DNA of 20,000 nucleotides from IMG/VR virus record IMGVR_UViG_3300023105_000021; one strand, written 5' to 3'. This DNA comes from an uncultured virus (IMG/VR IMGVR_UViG_3300023105_000021). Lineage: Duplodnaviria; Heunggongvirae; Uroviricota; Caudoviricetes. Below, in pieces: positions 1-8,205 of this stretch. Position 1 is the first letter of the stretch; the number at the start of each line of letters is the position of its first letter. The position numbers and the translations under genes are program-made. A model generated the notes under the pieces. The model made no database searches, was not told where the DNA came from, and worked only from the letters and a program-made list of their open reading frames with translations.

Positions 1-2
1 GT

Positions 3-3000
3 AGTACCTGAAGGAATTTTTAATGCACCAGTAGTATTAAATTTTGTTCTGCCGCGGCTTGTATTTTTAATAGTTAATACATTTCCTGATGTGTTTTGTA
101 TCAATTCTCCGGACAAAGTAATATCGTCAATAACAAGATTTCCTGTTCCGTTAGCACGTAGTTCTAGATCTGCATTTGAATTTATTGTTGTAACTATATT
201 GCTATCTATAAAAACATCGTCAACAGTTAATCCACTAATGGTTATATTATCATTATTTACAGTTGCACGAAGATTCCCTCCAGTTACTAATGTAATTGTA
301 TTGTCCGTAGGATGAGCTGTAACGCGAGTACCTCTATTATCAGAATAAATACCACCAAATGAAATATTATTTTGATTATATCCTTCAAAACTTGATGTTA
401 TACTATTATAACGAATGCTATAATCTATATTTGGTCTTTCAGTAGACAAGCCAAAAGGTAGTTGTATTGCTGATGTACTAATTATATTAATATTATCTGT
501 TGCCAAAGTTATATCAGTTAAGCTAGTTGTCAAGGTATCAGAATTAAACAATAATTCTTGTAATTCTATATTACTGTTATCAAAAGTTCTTAACTCTAAA
601 TTAGAGTTGCTTTCAGTAGTTCTAATAACATTGTCAAAAATTTCAATATTAGAACTTATCAAAGCATTATTAAACTCAAAATTAGATCCTATAACTATAT
701 TACTAGAAGTTAAATCAGTTGCTTGTAAATTATTAGTAACTTCTAAGTTATTTGTTACTATATTACCAACACCATTTGCTGATAGTTCTAAATCACTGTT
801 TGAGTCTGTAGTTTCAATAAAATTATCGTTAAACAAAATGTTATCAAATTGTATTTCACTTTCTATATTTGTTGAACTTACAGTAACATTACCTATAACA
901 TTTAAATTACCTTGTTGAGTTGTATTTCCTGTTAGTGTTATATCTCCAACAATGTTTGTATTTTTTAAATTTGTTATTCCATTAACAGTTAAATTGTTTT
1001 CAATAACTACATTTTCTGGCAGTCGAACTATTTGGTTTTCCGAAGCACGTAATTCTAAATTTGCATTTGATATTGTAGTAGAAATAAAATTATCGTCAAT
1101 TTCTATAATGCTGTCAGTAATTACAATTTCATTAAGATTTAAATCTTGTTGTACTGTAATGTTGTTAGAAATAATACTAGCTGCAAATAAATCTTGTTTT
1201 GCTCGCATATTATTATTAGGTACTAAAATGTTTGCTGTTGAGTTTGCACGTAATTCAAGATTTGGACTATCATAATCGCCAAAGAATAAAACTGGATTAA
1301 AATATCCAGGAGTAGCATTTTCTAACGAAAGAATTTCTTCAGTAATAGGTTGTATAAAAGCATTATATTCAGGATCAGGAGTCTGACCATTTACAACATA
1401 CTGCAACCAAGCAATATAATCTGTAGTAGTTAATGTTCCGCTTTGGTTAACATCTACATAATTATTGTTTATAAAAAAGTTTACAAGATTTTTGTCTTGT
1501 TGATCTGTATAATCTGCTGCTGTTGCTCCGTTAACTATTGATTGTATAATTTTAGGAATAGAAGAATTATCTGAAGATTCTGTTGATAATCTTAGGCCTT
1601 CTGCTGTATTTTGTAGTATATTATTATCAATAGTTACTACAGGACCGATAAAATCACCTGTAGCTGTAAGTCCTCCAGCAACAACAGTATTTCCAGTTTG
1701 CGTTATATCTCCTGTTTGAGTTATATTGCCCGTTAAGTTAACATCAGTATAGTTAACATCAACAGGAGTAAAGGCAGTAACAAATCCGATATCTTCAAAT
1801 GCAGAAATATTGTCCCATTCAACAATAGTATCAACAGCACGGAAAATAATATCAATAGATGTAGTTTGTGGAACAAATGATGCTGTTAGCAATTGATCTG
1901 CAACTAGACCAGTAGTTTCATTCCATTCAAATAATGTACCAACACCAGATTCGAATATTCTTAAATAAAATGCATTTGCATTTGAAACACTTCTAAACTG
2001 TGCTTCAAAGTCATATGTTTTTCCAGGTTCGACTACAATCTCTTGTGATACGTTACGTGCAGCACCTGTAGCATCAATTCTTAAGTTTCCGTTAACAGAT
2101 GAAGCAGTGCCGCCACCTGCTTGAGCCCAACCATTTACATTTGTATTAAATGTTCCATTAATTACAAGCTCTGGGCCGTACTCATATGTTGTTGCACCAT
2201 TTTGTAAAAAGGTGTTTTTATTAACTACTAAATTATTTTCTAAATAAGCAGGACTTTCGATGTTTATAAATCCAGTTCCGCTTGCTCTTAGTTCTAAGTC
2301 TGCATTAGAAATATTTGTAGTAATATAATTTTGTGTAATGGTTATATCGGTTAGATCTGCATAATTAAATGCTGTTTGTAATGAAACATTTATATTATTG
2401 CTAGTAATATCATTAACTAATAAATTATTATTAACTTCCACATCATTAGGTATTAATACTTTGCCAGTACCGCTTGCACGTAATTCTAAATCTGCGTTTG
2501 AAGTAGTTGTAGTAATTACATTGCCATCAAATAATATTTCTTCAAATTGTACTGCACCAGTAATGTCTAAATCTCCATCAACATAAAAGTTTGTTGCAGT
2601 TCTATTACCGGTTTGATTAAATGTTCCTGCAGAATTAAAAATTCCTTGAAAATTTGTTGACTGTAAAGTAGTAAGACCATTAACATTTAAGTTATTATCA
2701 ATTTGTACATCGTTACTAGGAACATAAATTTCTCCAATTCCACTTGCACGTAATTCTAAATTTGCGTTTGATGTATCAGTTGTGATAACATTTCCATCTA
2801 TACTAATGTCTCCAACTTCTGTTTTGTTTAACCAAGCATTTAGCCAAGGACGCTGTACTTCTCCTAAACTATGTACAGTATGTTGATGAGGATTAAAATC
2901 TTGTTCAAATTCCACATTGAACACTAACCTGTCAGCAGCAGTATCTCTACCAGGTTGATCACCTGCAATATTTAATGTGCCGCCAAAACTAAAATTATTA

Positions 3001-4865
3001 ATAATATTTAAATTGCCGTTAACATTAGTATTATCGTTAAAATTAATAGTGTTTGTTCCGGCATCTAAATTTAATTCGTCAACTACACTTACAATTTCGT
3101 TATCTGATATTCTTATATTTCCGGTTGTTATATATGCGCCATCAATAACACTTGTTCCGCCGGGTGTATTAACAACTAACCCAGACAACGTTTCAATATC
3201 ACCTGTATTAATGTTTAAACTTGTATTACCTGTTTCAAAATTTACAAAGAAATTATCGCCAACTCTAAAGTTACCAACTTGGTCTGTGCTTACATAATGA
3301 ATTTGTCCTGAGTTTAATTCTACTACTTCATTTGCTTGTACAACTAAATCTAAATCGTTTGTTCTATCAGATCCTGCACCTATATACGCAAAGTTATGCT
3401 GTATCAGATACATTAGAGTATCAGCACCGTCTGCTACTGCACCGTATGTGCCGTAAACGTTTGCTGACCCAATTGAGCGCAATTCTGCACCATATATTAC
3501 TGTGCTGCCATCTTCACTTGTTCTGCCAGTTGCACCATTAAATGCATACAATCCTCTGTTTGCGAAATATGTAAAACTGTTTAGCCATTCTACTCTAACA
3601 CCGTTTGTCATATTAATAACATCAGCATTAGGTGAAATAAATGTACAACTATGAAATAGCATAGTAGCATTAGGACTTGCAGCATTTAATTCTGCACCGT
3701 CTATCCAAGCCCCTCTACCTGCATCTCCGTCTCCTGGATTTGTTTCTTGTGTTAGTACCGTTACATTTTGAATATAAGGACTGCGTTCGCTCATTACAGC
3801 ATTAGGTGCAAATCTAAATGCATATCCTTTATTGTTTACATTGTCATAGTAATGATTTTGAATAGTTAAATTAGCAATATTAGTTTTATCATTTAAATGA
3901 AAAACATCTTCACTCTGACTACTGGTATCTGGGGTGATAATAACATTACGTATGTCAGCACCAATAACAGATACATTAGATGGAACAACCAAAGGTAATG
4001 CTTCTTGATACTCTCCTGGTGATACTATAATTGTAAATGGCTGATCTCCACTAGCTTCTGCTTTAGAAAGTGCAGCCGAAATAGTTGCCATCGGATCAAG
4101 ATGATGATCACCACTATTATCGTCATTCCCTTCAACTGCAACAAATATTATGCCTCCGTGTTTTGTAAGAAGATTAACTCCGTTTAGGAAATATGCTTGT
4201 GTTCCTACTAATTGTCCGTTTAATAAATTTGTATATATAGAATTCCATATTTTTTGATCAGCACCTAAATTGTAAGTATCTGTAATATCAGGAATAATAT
4301 CAGAGTTAATGTCAGAATTAAATGTTACATCATCTGATGCTTGATCACCTAGTGTAATAGTTCCTTCAAAGGTAATATTACCCGGAGTATGCATATTACC
4401 AAAAACTTGTAAGTCTGCTTTTGTATCTGTAGTTGAATCATCATTTAAAAATCCATTACCGACTCTAACAGTTCCTGTTCCGTTAGGAGTAATATCTATG
4501 TCAGCATTTGATTCTACAGTTCTAATTGCATTATCATTAATTCTTATAGTACCATTATCTAATGTACTAAAAACAACAGCATCAGCTGCGTTTAAATAAA
4601 GATTACCTATTGTACTAAGTGTATTGTTATCAATAGTATATCCTGCTATATTAGAGAAATCGCTAATTAAATTTGTTGTTTGAAAAGTTTGAGATATTTC
4701 TAAATCAGTAGTTGGTGTAGAAGTATCAATACCAATCTTACTATTGTTAACATCTAGATATAAGAGCTGATTAGTATTAAGATCGTTGCGAAACGCAAGA
4801 TCAATGCCATCACGCAATAAGTTATCTTTTAAAAGAGGACCGGATATTCTACCTACTTGTGCCAC
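3..4865 (-). CDS. Very large virion fibre/spike-like structural protein (>=1621 aa, 3' end outside window) with beta-helix region, CBM-like domain and SNADLELRAxGTG repeats
   Basis: GTG at 4863-4865 with AAGGAG 7 nt upstream and a late promoter motif at 4886-4893. Translates as MAQVGRISGPLLKDNLLRDGIDLAF... and stays in the same frame to ...GALKIPSGT at the window edge. Its absence from the ORF track is consistent with having no stop inside the window. Contains a beta-helix cap motif (IFVAVEGNDDNSG...PMATISAAL...VSPGEYQE...VIGADIRNV) and LPFGLSTERP...IRYNSITSSFEGY, typical of fibre proteins of large aquatic myophages. Confidence 0.9.
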   Translation of the reverse strand, partial: MAQVGRISGPLLKDNLLRDGIDLAFRNDLNTNQLLYLDVNNSKIGIDTSTPTTDLEISQTFQTTNLISDFSNIAGYTIDNNTLSTIGNLYLNAADAVVFSTLDNGTIRINDNAIRTVESNADIDITPNGTGTVRVGNGFLNDDSTTDTKADLQVFGNMHTPGNITFEGTITLGDQASDDVTFNSDINSDIIPDITDTYNLGADQKIWNSIYTNLLNGQLVGTQAYFLNGVNLLTKHGGIIFVAVEGNDDNSGDHHLDPMATISAALSKAEASGDQPFTIIVSPGEYQEALPLVVPSNVSVIGADIRNVIITPDTSSQSEDVFHLNDKTNIANLTIQNHYYDNVNNKGYAFRFAPNAVMSERSPYIQNVTVLTQETNPGDGDAGRGAWIDGAELNAASPNATMLFHSCTFISPNADVINMTNGVRVEWLNSFTYFANRGLYAFNGATGRTSEDGSTVIYGAELRSIGSANVYGTYGAVADGADTLMYLIQHNFAYIGAGSDRTNDLDLVVQANEVVELNSGQIHYVSTDQVGNFRVGDNFFVNFETGNTSLNINTGDIETLSGLVVNTPGGTSVIDGAYITTGNIRISDNEIVSVVDELNLDAGTNTINFNDNTNVNGNLNIINNFSFGGTLNIAGDQPGRDTAADRLVFNVEFEQDFNPHQHTVHSLGEVQRPWLNAWLNKTEVGDISIDGNVITTDTSNANLELRASGIGEIYVPSNDVQIDNNLNVNGLTTLQSTNFQGIFNSAGTFNQTGNRTATNFYVDGDLDITGAVQFEEILFDGNVITTTTSNADLELRASGTGKVLIPNDVEVNNNLLVNDITSNNINVSLQTAFNYADLTDITITQNYITTNISNADLELRASGTGFINIESPAYLENNLVVNKNTFLQNGATTYEYGPELVINGTFNTNVNGWAQAGGGTASSVNGNLRIDATGAARNVSQEIVVEPGKTYDFEAQFRSVSNANAFYLRIFESGVGTLFEWNETTGLVADQLLTASFVPQTTSIDIIFRAVDTIVEWDNISAFEDIGFVTAFTPVDVNYTDVNLTGNITQTGDITQTGNTVVAGGLTATGDFIGPVVTIDNNILQNTAEGLRLSTESSDNSSIPKIIQSIVNGATAADYTDQQDKNLVNFFINNNYVDVNQSGTLTTTDYIAWLQYVVNGQTPDPEYNAFIQPITEEILSLENATPGYFNPVLFFGDYDSPNLELRANSTANILVPNNNMRAKQDLFAASIISNNITVQQDLNLNEIVITDSIIEIDDNFISTTISNANLELRASENQIVRLPENVVIENNLTVNGITNLKNTNIVGDITLTGNTTQQGNLNVIGNVTVSSTNIESEIQFDNILFNDNFIETTDSNSDLELSANGVGNIVTNNLEVTNNLQATDLTSSNIVIGSNFEFNNALISSNIEIFDNVIRTTESNSNLELRTFDNSNIELQELLFNSDTLTTSLTDITLATDNINIISTSAIQLPFGLSTERPNIDYSIRYNSITSSFEGYNQNNISFGGIYSDNRGTRVTAHPTDNTITLVTGGNLRATVNNDNITISGLTVDDVFIDSNIVTTINSNADLELRANGTGNLVIDDITLSGELIQNTSGNVLTIKNTSRGRTKFNTTGALKIPSGT
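141..4511 (-). repeat. Dispersed protein-level repeat (I/V)xTxxSN(A/S)(D/N)LELRAxG(T/I/V)G, about 9 copies
   Basis: Copies near 141-180, 588-611, 770-803, 1041-1070, 1241-1266, 2271-2309, 2463-2501, 2733-2771 and a degenerate one (SNADIDITPNGTG) at 4472-4511. The DNA core gcacgtaattc recurs in four of them. Confidence 0.85.
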
Positions 4866-4885
4866 TCATATTCTCCTTGACACAG

Positions 4886-4893
4886 TATTTATT
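4886..4893 (-). promoter_or_regulatory. T4-type late promoter (AATAAATA)
   Basis: Variant of T4 gp55-dependent TATAAATA directly upstream of the RBS of the giant fibre gene. The same motif precedes six other genes in the window. Confidence 0.7.
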
Positions 4894-4897
4894 GAAT

Positions 4898-5584
4898 TTA
4901 CTTGTCGAAATTATGTAGTACTGTTACAGGTTTGTTTAAGTCTACTGCTGAAGTAAATTCTAAATAGTAGCCTGTGAGTCTTGCTAAACCTGTTGCATCA
5001 GCAGTTCCGGCAGATGCTGCTGTAAATGTTGTTCCAGGATTATTATCTGCTGCACCGTGTTCTGAAACATAGTCTGTTACACCTGTTGCAGTAATAATAT
5101 ATTCTTCACCTATAACAAAGTTTCCTGACTCAACTTCTTGTCCAGTTCCTGTTGAACTTGGATTTTGAATTAATGTATAGTTAGTAGTTGATATTTGAAA
5201 AACGTTTTCAACAAATACTAAAACGTTTTGTGCTGCTGCTGGTGCAGTATATATTGTATTAGGGTCTTGACTATCTAGTGGACCAAATAGTGTAATAGTA
5301 GCATCACCATTACCTAAGTTTTGTTGTACAATACCAGGATCGTTATTTGGCTCTTTGTATCTTACACTGCGCCATTCGCCTTCTGAACGTATTTCTAATT
5401 CATTTAAGTCAGTGTTATATCTCATGTGTCCGTCTACTGGAGTAGATATAAATTCCGCAGATGTGCCTTTTGGTACAAGCATAACGTTTGTAGTATCCAT
5501 TATAACTTGTCCATTTATATCGTACTTTACGCCTTTACCGTAGATGTTACGTAAATTTGTGTTCTGCGCTTTTAATAATCTCAT
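4898..5584 (-). CDS. Virion structural protein (fibre/baseplate-associated), 228 aa
   Basis: ORF track. Motif LVPKGTSAE...GHMRYNTDLNELE resembles the PxGT...IRYN...FE motif in the giant neighbouring gene. Its start overlaps the upstream stop (TAATG), implying translational coupling. Confidence 0.75.
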   Translation of the reverse strand: MRLLKAQNTNLRNIYGKGVKYDINGQVIMDTTNVMLVPKGTSAEFISTPVDGHMRYNTDLNELEIRSEGEWRSVRYKEPNNDPGIVQQNLGNGDATITLFGPLDSQDPNTIYTAPAAAQNVLVFVENVFQISTTNYTLIQNPSSTGTGQEVESGNFVIGEEYIITATGVTDYVSEHGAADNNPGTTFTAASAGTADATGLARLTGYYLEFTSAVDLNKPVTVLHNFDK

Positions 5585-5931
5585 TATACTTCCAAGTAAC
5601 TAACTGACACTGCTAAGTTTGCTGCGTTTGTTGCATCTCCTACAAACGATAATTTTTCACCACTTTCTAATACAACTTTTTCACTATCAAAAGTAAATGT
5701 TTCGCCTGCTGGCAAACTAAGTTCTCTAATAACACATGTTAATGCATTATTTAAAGGTTGATTATCTTTTAAGAAATGCATATCAAATGTAGCTGTTTCG
5801 TTTTCAGGTGATGCGCCGCTTGGTGAATATGTATTGCAAACCATTATACTTGTTATAGCATATATTTTATTCGCTGGTACAACAAGCACATCTGTTTGTG
5901 TATTTGTTAATGTTGCGTTTTCTAAAGCCAT
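5584..5931 (-). CDS. Small beta-rich hypothetical virion protein, 115 aa
   Basis: ORF track. GGA upstream of the ATG, tightly packed in a structural operon, alternating hydrophobic beta-strand pattern. Confidence 0.75.
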   Translation of the reverse strand: MALENATLTNTQTDVLVVPANKIYAITSIMVCNTYSPSGASPENETATFDMHFLKDNQPLNNALTCVIRELSLPAGETFTFDSEKVVLESGEKLSFVGDATNAANLAVSVSYLEV

Positions 5932-5940
5932 TATATTTCC

Positions 5941-7227
5941 TTAAAATAACATGCTATAAAGCAATGCTCTACTTTTACTTATTACTTCGTCTTGATAGTT
6001 ATTTTCATTAACGAAGTATAACCCTGTTTTACCTGTTCCTTGTGCTTTCGAATATAATTTGATACCTTCTAACGGAGGATTAGGATCTAATAAAATATCA
6101 TCATCACCAGGTGTTTTAGTTATTTCTAATGTATCTTTAATTTTTACAGAACCGATACCAGAACTTGATAAAACTAAATCATCATTACTTGACGATGTAA
6201 ATATTTCAGTTCCTTTAATTTCAATATCTGCAAGATTTATTCTATTATTATAGAAATTAGTAATATTGTTGCCTTCAACGGTAATAGATATTTCTGATTC
6301 AGCAGAAACAGTTCTTCCTGAATTACTTACATAAAAACTTTTATCTGCACCAATTGAATTTGCATCAAATTCAAAAGATGTTGACGAAGGAACATCGGTA
6401 ACTGTCCAGCTTCCTATTAACGATTGAAGAATTGCGTCATTAGGACTTGATTGCACTCCAGTTATAGTTACTGTATCGTTAATAGCAAAACCGTGACTGT
6501 TTTGAGTTGTTACTAGTGTTCTAGGTCCAACTCCGATAATATTTAAAATTACGTTGTTTTTATCAACAACTTCAATTGATGAATTATCTTCTTGGATTTT
6601 ATCAATAACAACAGTTGCTAGACTATAATCAACAATATCTCTAACTGCTTTTGCATTAGGAATGTTATCATCGTCTTGTGTAATTTCATTAGTAATAGGA
6701 TCTGGTGTAATAACACCGTTATCGTAATTCCAAATTTTTAGTTCATAATTGTTTGTGCCTGAAACACTTATAACTCCGTCATTAGTGTCAACATATAAAT
6801 TATGATCTGATACTATACCCGAAGTCTTAATAGGAAGTATTTGTTCTGCACCAATATCTCCTTGGGTGCCTATCCAAGCACCTATTCCTGTAACTCCGCC
6901 TAAGTCCCAACCAATGCCATCGTCATACACCCATCTTGAATTTGCTAGAGATCCTCTTTCAATTTCTATTCCTGAGCTTCTAGGTCTATCTAACGATACA
7001 GGTAATCCTGAAGATGTATTTCCTGCACTTAAAAGAAGAATGTTATCGTCTATAGTAGCTATAATCGATTCAATTGTAGTTGTACCACCGTTTACTTCTA
7101 AATCACCTTTAACAACAACAGTTCCGCTCAAATTTCCTGTTGCGTTAGTTGTATCAAGAGTGATGGTTCCGCCGTCACCTGTTATTATTCGATAATCTGT
7201 ATCTGTGGTTCTTATAATCTTTGGCAT
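5941..7227 (-). CDS. Virion structural/fibre protein, 428 aa
   Basis: ORF track. AGGA RBS, G/T/D/N-rich, carries a degenerate copy of the fibre repeat (TSSSNDDLVLSSSGIGSVKI) and a TTQNSHGFAINDTVTITGV motif common in phage structural proteins (E1 FCCH-like repeat). Confidence 0.75.
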   Translation of the reverse strand: MPKIIRTTDTDYRIITGDGGTITLDTTNATGNLSGTVVVKGDLEVNGGTTTIESIIATIDDNILLLSAGNTSSGLPVSLDRPRSSGIEIERGSLANSRWVYDDGIGWDLGGVTGIGAWIGTQGDIGAEQILPIKTSGIVSDHNLYVDTNDGVISVSGTNNYELKIWNYDNGVITPDPITNEITQDDDNIPNAKAVRDIVDYSLATVVIDKIQEDNSSIEVVDKNNVILNIIGVGPRTLVTTQNSHGFAINDTVTITGVQSSPNDAILQSLIGSWTVTDVPSSTSFEFDANSIGADKSFYVSNSGRTVSAESEISITVEGNNITNFYNNRINLADIEIKGTEIFTSSSNDDLVLSSSGIGSVKIKDTLEITKTPGDDDILLDPNPPLEGIKLYSKAQGTGKTGLYFVNENNYQDEVISKSRALLYSMLF

Positions 7228-7238
7228 TCGAAATTCCT

Positions 7239-7260
7239 AAAAAGGGGCATTAAGCCCCTT
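7239..7260 (-). terminator. Intrinsic terminator after the 129-aa gene
   Basis: Minus strand AAGGGGC-TTAAT-GCCCC-TTTTT directly after the stop codon. The short U-tract suggests partial read-through. Confidence 0.7.
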
Positions 7261-7263
7261 AGA

Positions 7264-7653
7264 TTAGATTGCAGTTAATACTAGTACGTTTGCTGTTGAA
7301 TCGTCAGTAACAGTCCATGTATAACGATTGTTATTAAAATCAAACATTGTACGGTTGTGTACTTTACGAATGTTTACAGCACTTTCTCCGGCTACAAAAC
7401 CTTGTAGAACCATTTCGTTAGCTGCTAGTGATCCAATTGCTTTGTCAACTAGTGTACATACACCTGTGTTACCTGATGTTCCATCTGGATCATCGTGACA
7501 GTTAAATTTTGTTTCTGAGCGTTGTGATAAAATTACACCGTTGCCAACTGCTGCGTTAGCACCAATTTTACACATTACTGTTAGGTTATTACCTTCAGTA
7601 CCTGCTGAACCTTCAGTAGCACCAAAGTATCTTTTGTTTAATGGGCGTCCCAT
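7264..7653 (-). CDS. Hypothetical protein (MGRPLNKRYFG...), probably an abundant virion component, 129 aa
   Basis: ORF track. Strong AAAGGAG RBS, own late promoter, structured leader and terminator (monocistronic unit), next to the capsid gene. Confidence 0.8.
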   Translation of the reverse strand: MGRPLNKRYFGATEGSAGTEGNNLTVMCKIGANAAVGNGVILSQRSETKFNCHDDPDGTSGNTGVCTLVDKAIGSLAANEMVLQGFVAGESAVNIRKVHNRTMFDFNNNRYTWTVTDDSTANVLVLTAI

Positions 7654-7674
7654 AATTATCTCCTTTGTTTAATC

Positions 7675-7742
7675 ATTGCCGTTCTAGGGTCTACGCGGTG
7701 AGTTTCCGCATAAGTCCTCAATAGAGGCTCCTATATGACAAT
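7675..7742 (-). promoter_or_regulatory. Structured 5' leader (three-way junction) of the 129-aa gene
   Basis: Minus strand: AUUGUC/GGCAAU and UAGG/CCUA enclose hairpins CCUC-UAUU-GAGG and UAUGCGG-AAACUCA-CCGCGUA. The G-U pairs work only on the minus strand. Confidence 0.6.
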
Positions 7743-7744
7743 AG

Positions 7745-7752
7745 TATTTATC
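7745..7752 (-). promoter_or_regulatory. T4-type late promoter (GATAAATA)
   Basis: Lies immediately upstream of the structured leader and downstream of a terminator. Confidence 0.7.
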
Positions 7753-7759
7753 CAAAGAG

Positions 7760-7784
7760 AAAAAAGCCCGCACAGTGGCGGGCT
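7760..7784 (-). terminator. Intrinsic terminator of the upstream ncRNA
   Basis: Minus strand AGCCCG-CCACTGTG-CGGGCT followed by a T run (TTTTTCTCTTT). Confidence 0.85.
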
Positions 7785-7790
7785 CTAAGA

Positions 7791-8007
7791 ATAAGCAAAA
7801 TAGGTAGGACTCGGTTACACCTACAAGCCGCGGACCAAATACCATTTCATCTCCGCAACAACCTGCTTCCGCTCGGTAGAGCGATGTGACACTGCCTGTT
7901 TCCAGTACAACGCCTGGGTACCACCCCTAAGCAGTCAAGTTCGACGCTCTGGTAAACGCCTCTTCCTTGCACTATAAACATTGACTAGCTAAGTCTTTGT
8001 TGCTTAT
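7791..8007 (-). ncRNA. Stand-alone ~220-nt structured RNA, family unassigned (manA-motif-like candidate)
   Basis: GC-rich and ORF-free, flanked by a sigma70-type promoter and a terminator. 5' AUAAGCAA pairs with 3' UUGCUUAU. Internal helices include CUGCUU/AAGCAG, CGCUC-UACC-GAGCG, GUUGCGGA/UCCGCGGC, GUAGG/CCUAC and CUG-GAAA-CAG. Confidence 0.75.
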
Positions 8008-8013
8008 GTTATT

Positions 8014-8041
8014 AATATAACATCTTTATAGTAAAAGTCAA
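8014..8041 (-). promoter_or_regulatory. Sigma70-type (early/host RNAP) promoter driving the ncRNA
   Basis: TTGACT, 16-nt spacer ending in TGn, then TATATT (extended -10). The predicted start near 8007 coincides with the 5' strand of the RNA closing stem. Confidence 0.7.
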
Positions 8042-8095
8042 CCACTTTTTATAGAAAATTAATGATTTTCTGCAAGATTTTTTTTAAAAAGTGTG

Positions 8096-8103
8096 TTTAA
8101 ATA
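8096..8103 (+). promoter_or_regulatory. Late-type promoter (TTTAAATA) upstream of pqqA
   Basis: TAAATA core as in the other late promoters, 7 nt upstream of the AAAGGAG RBS at 8111-8117. Confidence 0.55.
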
Positions 8104-8123
8104 ATAGTTGAAAGGAGAGCATT

Positions 8124-8195
8124 ATGTGGACAAAACCTAGCTATACTGAAATGCGTTTTGGCTTTGAAGTTACAATGTATGTAATGAACAAGTAA
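8124..8195 (+). CDS. pqqA: Pyrroloquinoline quinone precursor peptide PqqA, 23 aa (MWTKPSYTEMRFGFEVTMYVMNK)
   Basis: Read directly: ATG 8124 to TAA 8195, with AAAGGAG 6 nt upstream. Matches the PqqA pattern MWxxP....RxGFEVTxY including the E15-x-x-x-Y19 pair from which PQQ is made. Too short for the ORF track. Confidence 0.93.
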   Translation: MWTKPSYTEMRFGFEVTMYVMNK

Positions 8196-8205
8196 AAATG
8201 TAGTC

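Noticed and set aside
91..3541. Six plus-strand ORFs (62-107 aa) from the track with recurring ARNSK motifs
   Set aside because: Antisense shadows of the giant minus-strand fibre gene. ARNSK is the reverse complement of LELRA. No RBS.
4849..4869. ATG at 4867-4869 as the start of the giant gene
   Set aside because: Out of frame (stops after 6 codons) and too close to the RBS. The GTG at 4863-4865 is in frame with 7-nt spacing.
7791..8007. tRNA, tmRNA or group I intron identity for the ncRNA
   Set aside because: No cloverleaf with a TTC T-loop and CCA end on the transcribed strand, no tag ORF, and it does not interrupt a gene. It has its own promoter and terminator.
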